Positions 18,053 through 25,978 of a stretch of DNA of 32,000 bases are shown piece after piece. How positions within the stretch are numbered: position 1 is the first letter of the stretch; the number at the start of each line of letters is the position of its first letter. The notes under the pieces were generated by a model, which was given only the letters and a program-made list of their open reading frames with translations, was not told the DNA's origin and searched no databases. The stretch is from Sinorhizobium meliloti (GTDB taxonomy: Bacteria; Pseudomonadota; Alphaproteobacteria; Rhizobiales; Rhizobiaceae). Made by a program: the position numbers and the translations under genes. Where the stretch lies: the NCBI RefSeq assembly GCF_017876815.1, contig NZ_JAGIOS010000003.1, positions 1,440,001-1,472,000 of the forward strand. Direction: 5' to 3'.

Positions 18053-18742
18053 CTAAAGCTTCGACAATGTCTCCAACCAACTCTCTTTCGTATTCCCGGC
18101 ACGACGATTGCCTTCCAGCACAAGCTTGGGAACAGTGCTAATCATTGCACTGAATTGCCGATCAACATTTGCGATCGCCGCATCGTTGTCTCGCTTATCA
18201 AGAAGCTCCAGAAGCTCGCTCATGTCATCTCTGATACATGAGAGACGCTCCGGCTGGTGCAAGTCCAACCAACGAATGTATCTCGTCCGAACGTTGTACT
18301 CATGCACGAGGTCCCGCATTATTCTGTTGTTCGAAGCCTTCGCGATACGTTCGTAAAAAGACTGTTGGAACTCCCTGATCAAGTCGTAGTCGGTCCAGCT
18401 GGGAAGAACTACAAACGTAGAGTGCTCATACAGGTTTTCTCTGAACACATGCTTGAGCACCATCATAATAAAATCAAGTTGATCCGACAGTTTCTGTGGA
18501 TCAAGCTTCTTGGTGTAGTAGCCATTGTTGAATAAGCTCATGATGTATTCTTCTATTTCGAGCTGAATCAGTACCTCGCGCACAGGGACAACGCTCGTAT
18601 TCATGACGTTGCTGATCCGGACAGCATAGAGTCGCGTACAGGGGGGGACCTCACAATTGACGATAATCTTCTTGAGTGCTTTATACACTTTGCCGACCTT
18701 GGACTCGTCCCATCCTAGTTTATGTTCGTGGCGACTATACAT
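18053..18742 (-). CDS. GntR-family (FadR/FCD-like) transcriptional regulator, AT-rich gene
   Basis: ATG 18742 is preceded by GGAGGAGAAGGC. The wHTH reads VYKALKKIIVNCEVPPCTRLYAVRISNVMNTSVVPVREVLIQLEIEEYI, followed by an all-helical C-terminal domain. A hand count of 18401-18460 gives 25/60 G+C, against 35/60 at 20401-20460. Confidence 0.65.
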   Translation of the reverse strand: MYSRHEHKLGWDESKVGKVYKALKKIIVNCEVPPCTRLYAVRISNVMNTSVVPVREVLIQLEIEEYIMSLFNNGYYTKKLDPQKLSDQLDFIMMVLKHVFRENLYEHSTFVVLPSWTDYDLIREFQQSFYERIAKASNNRIMRDLVHEYNVRTRYIRWLDLHQPERLSCIRDDMSELLELLDKRDNDAAIANVDRQFSAMISTVPKLVLEGNRRAGNTKESWLETLSKL

Positions 18743-18794
18743 GCCTTCTCCTCCGCGCATAGTTTCTGTTGTTCAAAGAAGTCTGGGGCTGCAG

Positions 18795-19213
18795 CCCGCT
18801 TCTGGCGCTGGCGTGTAATTTCTCCTCTGTCGCGTACCGCGGAATACTCGAGAAGTAACCGAACATGTCCGACAATTAGCCGTACGGATCGAGATCTCCG
18901 GCGGTGACGCGTAATTTTTTGCAGTGCGAAGGCTCTGAGAACGATGTGGTGGTGCGGAGCCGGAGGCTACGAGATGATCTGTGATTTCTTGGCCTCGCGC
19001 CGCCACGGGCAAAACTGCAAAGCCTTCTTCGCACGGGCCGAAGCGGAATAACGTTCGTTTGTGTCGCAAGACGCATCCTGACGGTGTTTGAGCTGCATGT
19101 TGATAAACATCCGTCACGATGTAGACTCGCTTCTCCGTGCCAGTCAACCGAAACTTACGGCTTTATCGGAGCGCCTTTCGTCAGCCTCATTGAACTCTTG
19201 TGTTTATTTCCCT
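18795..19213 (-). pseudogene. heavily decayed 5' part of a RepA-like gene plus leader (unit 4)
   Basis: It is collinear at nucleotide level with unit 3. The shared motifs are CTTCTGGCGCTGGCGTGTAATTTC..., ...TCGAGAAGTAACCGA.CA..TCCGACAAT.AGCC... and ...CCGTGCCAGTCAAC...CGCCTTTCGTCAGCCTC.TTGAA..TTGT.TTTATTTCCCT. The frames are broken throughout. Confidence 0.55.
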
Positions 19214-19289
19214 CACAGTCAGCTGCGGAGTTGTCGCTTGGCACTTATATGTGAGAATGCGGCTGTTTCAGCCGAATGTGGCATTAAAG

Positions 19290-19642
19290 ATGAGAATCCA
19301 ACGGGTGGGATGCGCAAAATAACTGCACTGGGAAGACGCCACCGAACGGCATGTATGGGGCATGATCTCCTCAATAGCGCTGCTGAATCGCACTTGATTC
19401 TGACCCATCATTTTCGCACGCCTCATCATGAGCATCACTGGTCCAGCCCGCTCGAGATGGATACTCCGGCTAGCAGAGCTGATCGCAGATGGAACACCCT
19501 CCATCTCGGCCATGCAATCGCAGAGCGCCGGAATGAAGGACTTGATGTGCCGCCCGAACTTCTGGCGCATATCTCTCCACTGGGTTGGGCACACATATTA
19601 CTGACCGGCGAATATCTCTGGCCTAACGGAGAAACGGCTTAG
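19290..19642 (+). pseudogene. tnpA: 3' remnant of a Tn3-family transposase gene (tnpA)
   Basis: The end of ORF 19088..19642 reads ...RWNTLHLGHAIAERRNEGLDVPPELLAHISPLGWAHILLTGEYLWP. This is the characteristic Tn3-family C-terminus (WNT.YL...LSPLGWEHINLTGDY.W). The upstream frames are degenerate. Confidence 0.7.
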
Positions 19643-19659
19643 AGTGTCATTCCGCCCCC
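19622..19659. repeat. 38-bp terminal inverted repeat of the Tn3-family element (right end)
   Basis: The reverse complement reads GGGGGCGGAATGACACTCTAAGCCGTTTCTCCGTTAGG. It has the GGGG outer end and the 38-bp length typical of Tn3-family IRs, and the tnpA stop lies inside it. Confidence 0.6.
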
Positions 19660-19660
19660 A

Positions 19661-21262
19661 GCCGGAACCGACCCCTCTCTGTACCGCAGCGAAAGCGGCC
19701 GCGCCGTGTTCGCGGTGCAAGGTGATGCGGGCGCGGTCACCGCAATCGCCAGCGGCATTTCCTTCGACGACCATGGCGACATCGATGTCGAGGCGCCGAA
19801 GCTGACGGGCGCCGAGATCGTCGGCCAAAAGCCCTCCCACTTGGTCGAGCACGACGGCGAGTTCGCGGCTTTTTTCGACGGGGAAGGTGTCGCCCGCATC
19901 ATCTCCGAGAAAGCGGTGTTGCAGGGCAAGTCAGACTTCCGGGAGGTAAAGACCGACGCACCGCAGCACGGCGTCGCCGTCGCCTATGGCTCCCATGTCC
20001 TTCTGTCGGAGCCGAACAGGGAGAAGCCCGACGAACTCCCGGTCGGCATCAGGACGGTTGACAAGGCCCGCACGCAGGTCGGCGACATCGCTGAATGCCC
20101 CGACCTCCACGGCGAGGCCTCTTCGGGAAACATTCTGGCCTTCGCCTGCGCGACCGGTCTGCTCGTCGTCACGCATGGAGAAAGCGCGTCGGACATCCGC
20201 CATCTGCCCTATGCGGATTCTTTGCCGGACGGCAAGTCGACCACGCTGATCGGTGGCCGGGGACTGCAGTATTTCCTCGGCAATTACGGTCCCGACAAGG
20301 TCGTTCTGATCGATCCGACGGCTGAGAGCGACGCCTTCCGCCTGATCGAGTTGCCGACGCGGCGCGTGCACTTTGCCGTCGATCCGGTGAGGCCGAAGTT
20401 CGCCTACGTCTTCACCGAGGATGGCCAGCTTCACCAGCTCGATATCGTCGCCGGTAAGATTGCCAATTCGCTCAAGCTGACCGATCCCTATTCGGTGGAC
20501 GGTCACTGGAACGATCCGCGCCCGCGCATCGCCGTGGCAGGGGACAACGTCGTCGTGACCGACCCGCTGGCAGGCAAGCTCCATCTCGTGTCGGCGGGAT
20601 CGTTCACCAGGACCGGCGAGATCGCCGTGGAGGGCAAGCCCTTCAACATCGTGGCCGTCGGCGGAAGCGGCAAGGTCCACGATCACACAGCTGAGAAAGT
20701 TCACGCACATAGCCACGATCCGGCGGTCCAGCAGATCTACAAGGGCCACTTTGAGGACAACCAGGTCCAGGATCGAACCCTGTCGGACTGGGCTGGCGAT
20801 TGGCAGTCGGTCTATCCCTACCTGAAGGATGGAACGCTCGATCCAGTCATGGCGCACAAAGCGGAGAGCGCCGACCAGAGCGCCGACGAGTACCGGGCCT
20901 ATTACGAGATCGGCTATCGAACTAACGTCGAGCGGATCAAGATCGATGGCGACACAGTGACCTTTTTCGAGGGCGAGAAGCCGCTCGAAGCCCGCTATGT
21001 CAGCGACGGCTATGAGATCCTGACCTACGAGAAGGGCAACCGTGGCGTGCGCTTCATCTTCAAGAAGTCCGACGGTGACGCGGACGCTCCGGAATTCATC
21101 CAGTTCAGCGACCACAAAATCGCGCCCGAGGCGGCCGACCATTATCACCTCTACTGGGGAAATGATCGTGCGGCCCTGCTGGAAGAAGTGACGAACTGGC
21201 CGACCTACTACCCGTCTTCGCTGAGCGCGAAGCAAATTGTCGAAGAGATGATAGCGCACTGA
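19661..21262 (+). CDS. aztD: periplasmic zinc chaperone fusion with an AztD-like beta-propeller and a C-terminal ZinT domain. It is 5'-truncated by the Tn3-family end.
   Basis: The frame is open from 19643. It reads ...[36 protein letters not shown]...[17 protein letters not shown]...[11 protein letters not shown]...[28 protein letters not shown]...[11 protein letters not shown], which is AztD-like from memory. The signal peptide and the first ~70 aa are absent. A His-rich linker [14 protein letters not shown] follows. Then comes [27 protein letters not shown]...[11 protein letters not shown]...HYHLYWGND...WPTYYP...VEEMIAH, which matches E. coli ZinT closely. The first in-frame start is GTG 19706. 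Confidence 0.75.
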   Translation, partial: AGTDPSLYRSESGRAVFAVQGDAGAVTAIASGISFDDHGDIDVEAPKLTGAEIVGQKPSHLVEHDGEFAAFFDGEGVARIISEKAVLQGKSDFREVKTDAPQHGVAVAYGSHVLLSEPNREKPDELPVGIRTVDKARTQVGDIAECPDLHGEASSGNILAFACATGLLVVTHGESASDIRHLPYADSLPDGKSTTLIGGRGLQYFLGNYGPDKVVLIDPTAESDAFRLIELPTRRVHFAVDPVRPKFAYVFTEDGQLHQLDIVAGKIANSLKLTDPYSVDGHWNDPRPRIAVAGDNVVVTDPLAGKLHLVSAGSFTRTGEIAVEGKPFNIVAVGGSGKVHDHTAEKVHAHSHDPAVQQIYKGHFEDNQVQDRTLSDWAGDWQSVYPYLKDGTLDPVMAHKAESADQSADEYRAYYEIGYRTNVERIKIDGDTVTFFEGEKPLEARYVSDGYEILTYEKGNRGVRFIFKKSDGDADAPEFIQFSDHKIAPEAADHYHLYWGNDRAALLEEVTNWPTYYPSSLSAKQIVEEMIAH

Positions 21263-21283
21263 CCGTTGCGCTCCTCTTCGCCT

Positions 21284-21316
21284 GCGCCCGGCCTTCACGG
21301 TCGGGCGCCCCTTTTT
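21284..21316 (+). terminator. candidate rho-independent terminator after aztD-zinT
   Basis: GCGCCCG (21284-90), an 11-nt loop, CGGGCGC (21302-08), then CCC and T5 (21312-16). Confidence 0.5.
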
Positions 21317-21339
21317 CGCCATTAAACCCCGAGGCACCC

Positions 21340-22564
21340 ATGCTTGACACAGCCAAATCCTCCAATCGCCTGCCCGTCACTGTCCTCTCCGGCTTCCTCG
21401 GCGCCGGCAAGACGACACTTCTCAACCACGTGCTGAACAATCGCGAGGGCCGCCGGGTCGCCGTCATCGTCAACGACATGAGCGAGGTCAACATCGATGC
21501 CGCGCTGGTTCGCGATGGTGGCGCAAACCTTTCGCGCACCGACGAAAAACTCGTGGAGATGACCAATGGCTGCATCTGCTGCACATTGCGCGATGACCTC
21601 TTGCAGGAAGTGCGTCGCCTCTCAGAAGATGGTCGGTTCGACTATTTGCTGATCGAGGGCACTGGAATTGCCGAGCCGCTGCCGGTCGCCACCACCTTCG
21701 ACTTCCGCGACGAGAATGGCGAGAGTCTCTCGGACGTCTCCCGCCTCGATACGATGGTCACCGTTGTCGATGCCGCCAATCTGCTGAAGGATTATTCCTC
21801 CCACGATTTCTTGCGCGACCGCGGCGAGGTGGCCGGTGAAGCCGATGATCGCGCCTTGGTCGATCTTCTGGTCGAGCAGATCGAATTCGCCGACGTCATC
21901 GTGCTCAACAAGGTTTCCGACACGCCCGCGAGTGATCTCGATCTCGCTCGTAAGATCGTGCGTTCGCTCAATCCCGACGCCGAACTGATCGAGACGGACT
22001 TCGCTCAGGTCCTGCTGGACAAGGTTCTAAACACAGGCCGTTTCGATTTCGAGAAGGCCGAGCAACATCCGCTCTGGTTCAAGGAGCTGAACGGCTTCAA
22101 GGACCACGTCCCCGAGATCGAAGAATACGGCATCCGCTCCTTCGTCTACCGCGAGCGTCGCCCCTTCGATCCGATGAAGCTCAAGGCCTTCATCAACAAG
22201 TCCTGGCCCGGCGTTGTGCGAGCGAAGGGCTTCTTCTGGTTGGCAACGCGTCCGCACTATGTCGGCGAAATCAGCCAGGCTGGTGCGCTCATTCGAACGG
22301 GCAAGCGTGGCCTCTGGTGGGCGTCAGTTCCAAAGCCGCAATGGCCGGATCATCCCGAGTGGAAGGCCGCCATGAAGCCGTATCTCGATCCTATCTGGGG
22401 CGACCGAAGGCCAAGAGATCGTCTTCATCGGCTGCGACCCGATGGATGAACGCCAGATCCGCGTCGAACTCGATGCCTGCCTCGTCAAGGAAAAGAACTT
22501 CATACCCGGCCACTGGCGCGATCTTCCGGATCCGTTCCCGAGCTGGGAGAGGCAGGCTGGATGA
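21340..22564 (+). CDS. COG0523-family (CobW/ZigA/YeiR-like) GTPase metallochaperone with a 1-nt frame change near 22411
   Basis: It carries the P-loop [12 protein letters not shown], the metal motif [11 protein letters not shown], and ...IEGTGIAEP... The listed ORF ends at 22449 after ..DPIWGDRR. The family-typical continuation [50 protein letters not shown] is in the +1 frame, with the stop at 22562-22564. Confidence 0.85.
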
Positions 22565-22689
22565 GCGTCGAAGCACCAGCCGGGTTTCGGACTGGAGATG
22601 TTGGCAACGCAATCCACTGGCTGGCTGCAAGGCACTGTGCGGATGTCCCCTTCGCGACTGCGATGAATCGCCGTTGCAACGGCGTGTCG

Positions 22690-22971
22690 CGGCGATCGGG
22701 AATACCCTCGACGCATCTACAAAGGCCGCCCACCGAAGATTCATCGCGCAGAAATCCTGCTTCGCCTGTGCCACGTTTCCTGGCGGCGGCGATGCCTTCA
22801 GCCTGTCGCTCGCGTACCTCCACAGCCGCCGGAAAGGCGTTCTTCGACATGCTCGGCGTCTTCGCAGAGTTCGAAACCAACCTGCGGCGAAACGGCCAGG
22901 AACATGCTGTCGCAAAAGTCCCTCTCTGCGGCCGGACTTTTGCGCCTGATATTGCAACGCTAGTCGGCTAA
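22690..22971 (+). pseudogene. decayed serine recombinase (resolvase/invertase) remnant
   Basis: The best piece is TSTAAGKAFFDMLGVFAEFETNLRR (about 22816-22900), which fits the T..GK..F.MLG.FAEFER.LI.ER motif. Weaker N-terminal traces (RVAAIGNTLDASTK..., GGGDAFSLSLAYLHS) lie in another frame. Confidence 0.45.
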
Positions 22972-22976
22972 TGATT

Positions 22977-23519
22977 TCAGCCAGTTTCCGTCGAAAAGTT
23001 AGGATTCCGCGACACATTATCCAAATAGGCGCCGATTTCGGTTCGGCTCTTCAGCAAAAATTTTGAGCCTGCGAATGCCTCAAACAATTGAGAGTGGGCA
23101 AGGAAGCAGCTCGAATTGTTGCGAAGGCGATATTCCGCGATCCATTTTAGGAGTTCTTGGAATTCTTCGACGCTACCACCACCCTGTATCCCTCGCTCTT
23201 TAACGTTCGCAATGCACTCTTCTTCTGGCAAGTCGATCCAGATTAATGTTGTAGCCTGATGCAGTACGACATTCGCCAACCATCCGTACACGCCCTCCAT
23301 CAACCAACTATCAGCTTTTCCGGCCTCCGCGACCTCGTTCGCGACAAGCTGGTTGTTGCGGGCTATCCCATAGTTTCCGGGTTCCCATCGGAGATCGTCG
23401 AGATGGATAGGGGCGCACTGCAATATGTCGCCAAGCTTACGAGCGAGCCACGTCTTTCCGGAGCCGCCATTACCGAAAATCAGGGTCCGGCGCAGATCGG
23501 AGGAAGATATCGAGTTCAA
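22977..23519 (-). CDS. small P-loop NTPase (adenylate-kinase/shikimate-kinase-like fold)
   Basis: 180 aa with a TTG start. The Walker A reads LIFGNGGSGKTWLARKL. The size and layout resemble nucleotide-kinase or topology-modulation-type proteins. A hand count of 23101-23160 gives 29/60 G+C. Confidence 0.6.
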   Translation of the reverse strand: MNSISSSDLRRTLIFGNGGSGKTWLARKLGDILQCAPIHLDDLRWEPGNYGIARNNQLVANEVAEAGKADSWLMEGVYGWLANVVLHQATTLIWIDLPEEECIANVKERGIQGGGSVEEFQELLKWIAEYRLRNNSSCFLAHSQLFEAFAGSKFLLKSRTEIGAYLDNVSRNPNFSTETG

Positions 23520-24035
23520 ATGCGTCCCCTTCCTGTACCTTTCGCAGCAATTCCACTACTTCGGAGACCACCGGCCCCTTGATCGCGGGCGGCTCTGCAC
23601 GTTCGCAAAACTCTCGCCAGACAAAGAACGTCAGTTCAGCACCATCCGTTGGCGTTTCCGCCGGTCCTTCTGCGAAACTTCCAAGCAGACGATATCTCTC
23701 GTTCTTCCAAAACAGTTCCTCCACCCAATCATAGATCGGGATCACATGGAAATGGATCGGATAGCCTGGAGAATGGCCGTAGCGGCCGATATTCACCCGT
23801 TGAGCATGCAATTTCTGCTTCAAGGCTTTCTGAGTTGCTGCCAGCAATGGCCCAAGCTCGGCAAGCGCGCTTCCGATAACTCTGACAGATCATTAGTGTC
23901 CATCTTAGAGCTAACCATCAGATAGCCGGGAAGAGCAGAGTTCATCCGGTGGCTCACCGGCCGTCCGGTTGTCTCGGCAACGCTGAGGTATCTCCAAATT
24001 CCCCCTCCGCTGTAGCCATAAATGTTGCTTGGCTT
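23470..24035 (-). pseudogene. HIT-family (histidine triad) hydrolase-like gene with one frame change and no obvious start codon
   Basis: The N-terminal piece, open from 24035, reads ...GGGIWRYLSVAETTGRPVSHRMNSALPGYLMVSSKMDTNDLSELSEARLPSLG. After a shift near 23849 it reads LLAATQKALKQKLHAQRVNIGRYGHSPGYPIHFHVIPIY (HxHxH-type triad)... It overlaps the kinase-like gene by ~50 nt. Confidence 0.5.
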
Positions 24036-24335
24036 TCAGGCATCTGTCGGTCCGAGCCGCCAACCCGTATCTGCGGCCCACTGATCTGCTTGCCTAATGA
24101 CAGAGGACGGTCCGTGGGGGTCTTTCTCGGCCAATGCCCGCTTCAGAGCGGCATAGGGAATATGCTCATGGGGATGTTGCCGGATATAATCTCTGAACAG
24201 CAGCGCCCACTGCTCATGCCAACTACCGGCCCTGCGAATATGCACATGGGTGCGCTCTTCGCCAGGCTGCTCTCGAAAGTACCGCTTGCTCAAATTTCTG
24301 TTCGACTTCCGCCAAATATAGGCCCCTGAAAATTA
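24036..24335 (-). pseudogene. C-terminal fragment of a GrpB-family (UPF0157) protein
   Basis: It reads ..GAYIWRKSNRNLSKRYFREQPGEERTHVHIRRAGSWHEQWALLFRDYIRQHPHEHIPYAALKRALAEK.., which matches the C-terminal third of GrpB proteins. The nucleotidyltransferase-fold N-terminus is missing. Confidence 0.6.
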
Positions 24336-24399
24336 AAGGGGCGCAGATGTACGGTAGCGCGATCAACGTATGAGCGCCAGATCGACATGTCTATCGGCG

Positions 24400-24742
24400 A
24401 GGTCACAGTCGGGTGGATAGCGACCCGTCCGATTCAGGCTGATTCGGCCAAAGCTTCTGAAGGCTCCGGTTTGCTGAAAGCCGCGATGGCCGAACAAACG
24501 CCGAGGAGCTGCCGCTGCGGCCCGTGCCGAGCCCCCTTGCTAAAATCCGTCTTGCGAAGTCCGCTTTGCCGAAACAGCCCTTGCCGCCCCTGAGCCGCTT
24601 GCGAAAGAATGCTCTCTTGCGCTTAGCCATCTTGTTGCCCCCTTACTTCGATGGACGCGGTCACCAGCTTTGGCCTAGGCTTCTGCTTGGACTTGCCGAT
24701 ACCGCCTTGAAGGTAGAACGCGGCCTGACGCAGAGCTGCCAT
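24400..24742 (-). pseudogene. nifH: decayed 5' fragment of nifH (nitrogenase Fe protein)
   Basis: An RBS AAGGAAG precedes ATG 24742. MAALRQAAFYLQGGIGKSKQ... compares with rhizobial NifH [20 protein letters not shown]. Further on, GKADFARRILARG compares with PKADSTRLILNAK in another frame. Stops and insertions are present. Confidence 0.75.
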
Positions 24743-24821
24743 CTTGCTTCCTTTGTTGTTTAATTATTTGGGTTGTTCGGACACATGAATGCGCAACAGA
24801 TGCGCGCGCCCAAGGTGATCG

Positions 24822-24837
24822 TGCAAAAGTCGTGCCA
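24822..24837 (-). promoter_or_regulatory. sigma54 (-24/-12) core promoter of nifH type
   Basis: The minus strand reads cTGGCACGACTTTTGCAcgatc, that is TGGCAC-N5-TTGCA. It lies about 80 nt upstream of the nifH' ATG. Confidence 0.85.
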
Positions 24838-24901
24838 GGCGGCAGGAGAGTCTGAAATTAAGCTACTGGCTTTCTTTTCAGAGAGTTAGAGCACGTCCAC
24901 T

Positions 24902-25489
24902 TTAATCCGGATCATGTCCTGCTGCTGCGAAGTAGTTCGCACACTCTTGCGGCTCGAAGAGCTTGACGATGTCGCCAACTGTGTTCCACAGGGCGTCGAC
25001 GGAGCGTTCGGCCCTTGCCCGCAGAAGCGCCTTGAGCTTTGAGAAGGCGTTTTCGATCGGGTTGAAGTCGGGGCTATAGGGCGGGAGATAGAGCAGCGTG
25101 CAGCCAGCGGTTTCTATGGCCTGTCGGATGCCATCTGCCTTGTGGGCCGGCAGGTTGTCCATGACGACGATGTCGCCGGGCGTGAAGGTTGGCACGAGAA
25201 CCTGCTCGACATAGGCCTTGAAAGCAACTCCGTTCATCGCCCCGTCAAGGACCATTGGCGCGGTCATGCCGGAGAGCCTGAGCGCCCCGGTGAACGTCGT
25301 AGTTTTCCAATGACCGTGCGGAACGCCCGATCGGCAACGCTCTCCGCGCGGAGAGCGACCGCGAAGTCGGGACATCTTCGTGGAAAGACCCGTCTCGTCT
25401 ATGAAGACGAGGCGGGCTGGATCGAGATCAAGCTGTGCATCGAACCAGTCCTGACGCCGCTTCAGGAGGTCTGGCCGCTCCTGCTCCAA
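24902..25489 (-). CDS. IS630-family transposase, C-terminal DDE ORF
   Basis: It reads [15 protein letters not shown]...[22 protein letters not shown]...[10 protein letters not shown]...[22 protein letters not shown]. Fusion to the upstream ORF would need a frameshift at the A7 run. Confidence 0.85.
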   Translation of the reverse strand: MEQERPDLLKRRQDWFDAQLDLDPARLVFIDETGLSTKMSRLRGRSPRGERCRSGVPHGHWKTTTFTGALRLSGMTAPMVLDGAMNGVAFKAYVEQVLVPTFTPGDIVVMDNLPAHKADGIRQAIETAGCTLLYLPPYSPDFNPIENAFSKLKALLRARAERSVDALWNTVGDIVKLFEPQECANYFAAAGHDPD

Positions 25490-25845
25490 TGCATGTGCGG
25501 TCTTTTTTTGAATGTGAAGCCGCGCTTGCGCAGCCAGACGTCGAGGGTGCTGCGGCCGATAGAGACGGATCGGTCCTCTTCCAGACGCAAAACCATCTCG
25601 TTCAGCGTGATGTCCTTCGACGCCTCGATCATGCCGATGATGAAAGCCTCATGATCGTCGAGACGGGAACCTCCAGGTCGACCCTGCTTGGCAGCGCTCA
25701 CCTGACCCTGCCGGGCGCTCGCGATCCAGGCAATCGCCGTCGAAATCCCGATCCCGAGCCGCGCTGCAGTCGACCGCGTGGACATCCCACCAGCCGACGC
25801 AGCCAGAACCCGGTGGCGAAGATCATCACTCAATGCTCGGGCCAT
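25462..25845 (-). CDS. IS630-family transposase, N-terminal (HTH) ORF
   Basis: It reads [16 protein letters not shown]...[19 protein letters not shown]...[10 protein letters not shown] and ends shortly after an A7 run (plus-strand T7 at 25503-25509). Confidence 0.85.
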   Translation of the reverse strand: MARALSDDLRHRVLAASAGGMSTRSTAARLGIGISTAIAWIASARQGQVSAAKQGRPGGSRLDDHEAFIIGMIEASKDITLNEMVLRLEEDRSVSIGRSTLDVWLRKRGFTFKKRPHMHWSRSGQTS

Positions 25846-25978
25846 GTTCCCTCCGACAAATCAAAGACAGCAGGAGGGAATCACAGAACGCTCTGAAAAG
25901 GAATCCTCACGCCGCTTCCGCTTTCATCGGACGCGCTCTAGATCTTGAAATTGGCCGCACGGTTGAAGGAATAATCTG

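Larger units (their letters stand above)
24889..25938 (-). mobile_element. IS630-family insertion sequence #2, inserted between the NifA UAS and the sigma54 core promoter
   Basis: The IRs are GAGCACGTCCAC... (24889->) and the reverse complement of the right end, GAGCGCGTCCGA... They are flanked by TA (24887-88) and TA (25939-40). Two overlapping transposase ORFs lie inside. Confidence 0.8.

Noticed and set aside
19931-21337. 468-aa ORF on the minus strand
   Set aside because: It lies entirely antisense to the well-supported aztD-zinT frame. The sequence is low-complexity and Arg/Gly/Asp-rich, which is typical of shadow ORFs in GC-rich DNA.
22912-22943. Perfect 10-bp stem hairpin GCAAAAGTCC-N12-GGACTTTTGC downstream of the kinase-like gene, considered as a terminator or attC-like site
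   Set aside because: No T-run follows on either strand and there are no attC core sites. A rough estimate gives about one such 10-bp stem by chance in 32 kb.
22317-23017. ORFs of 208-210 aa on both strands (22317..22949 plus, 22391..23017 minus)
   Set aside because: They overlap the COG0523 3' end and the resolvase remnant. Only short patches, already used for the resolvase call, look protein-like.
24331-24352. GCCCCT-N8-AGGGGC hairpin between the nifH' and GrpB' fragments, considered as a terminator
   Set aside because: The stem is short at 6 bp and the T-tract is poor. It may simply mark the junction of two fragments.
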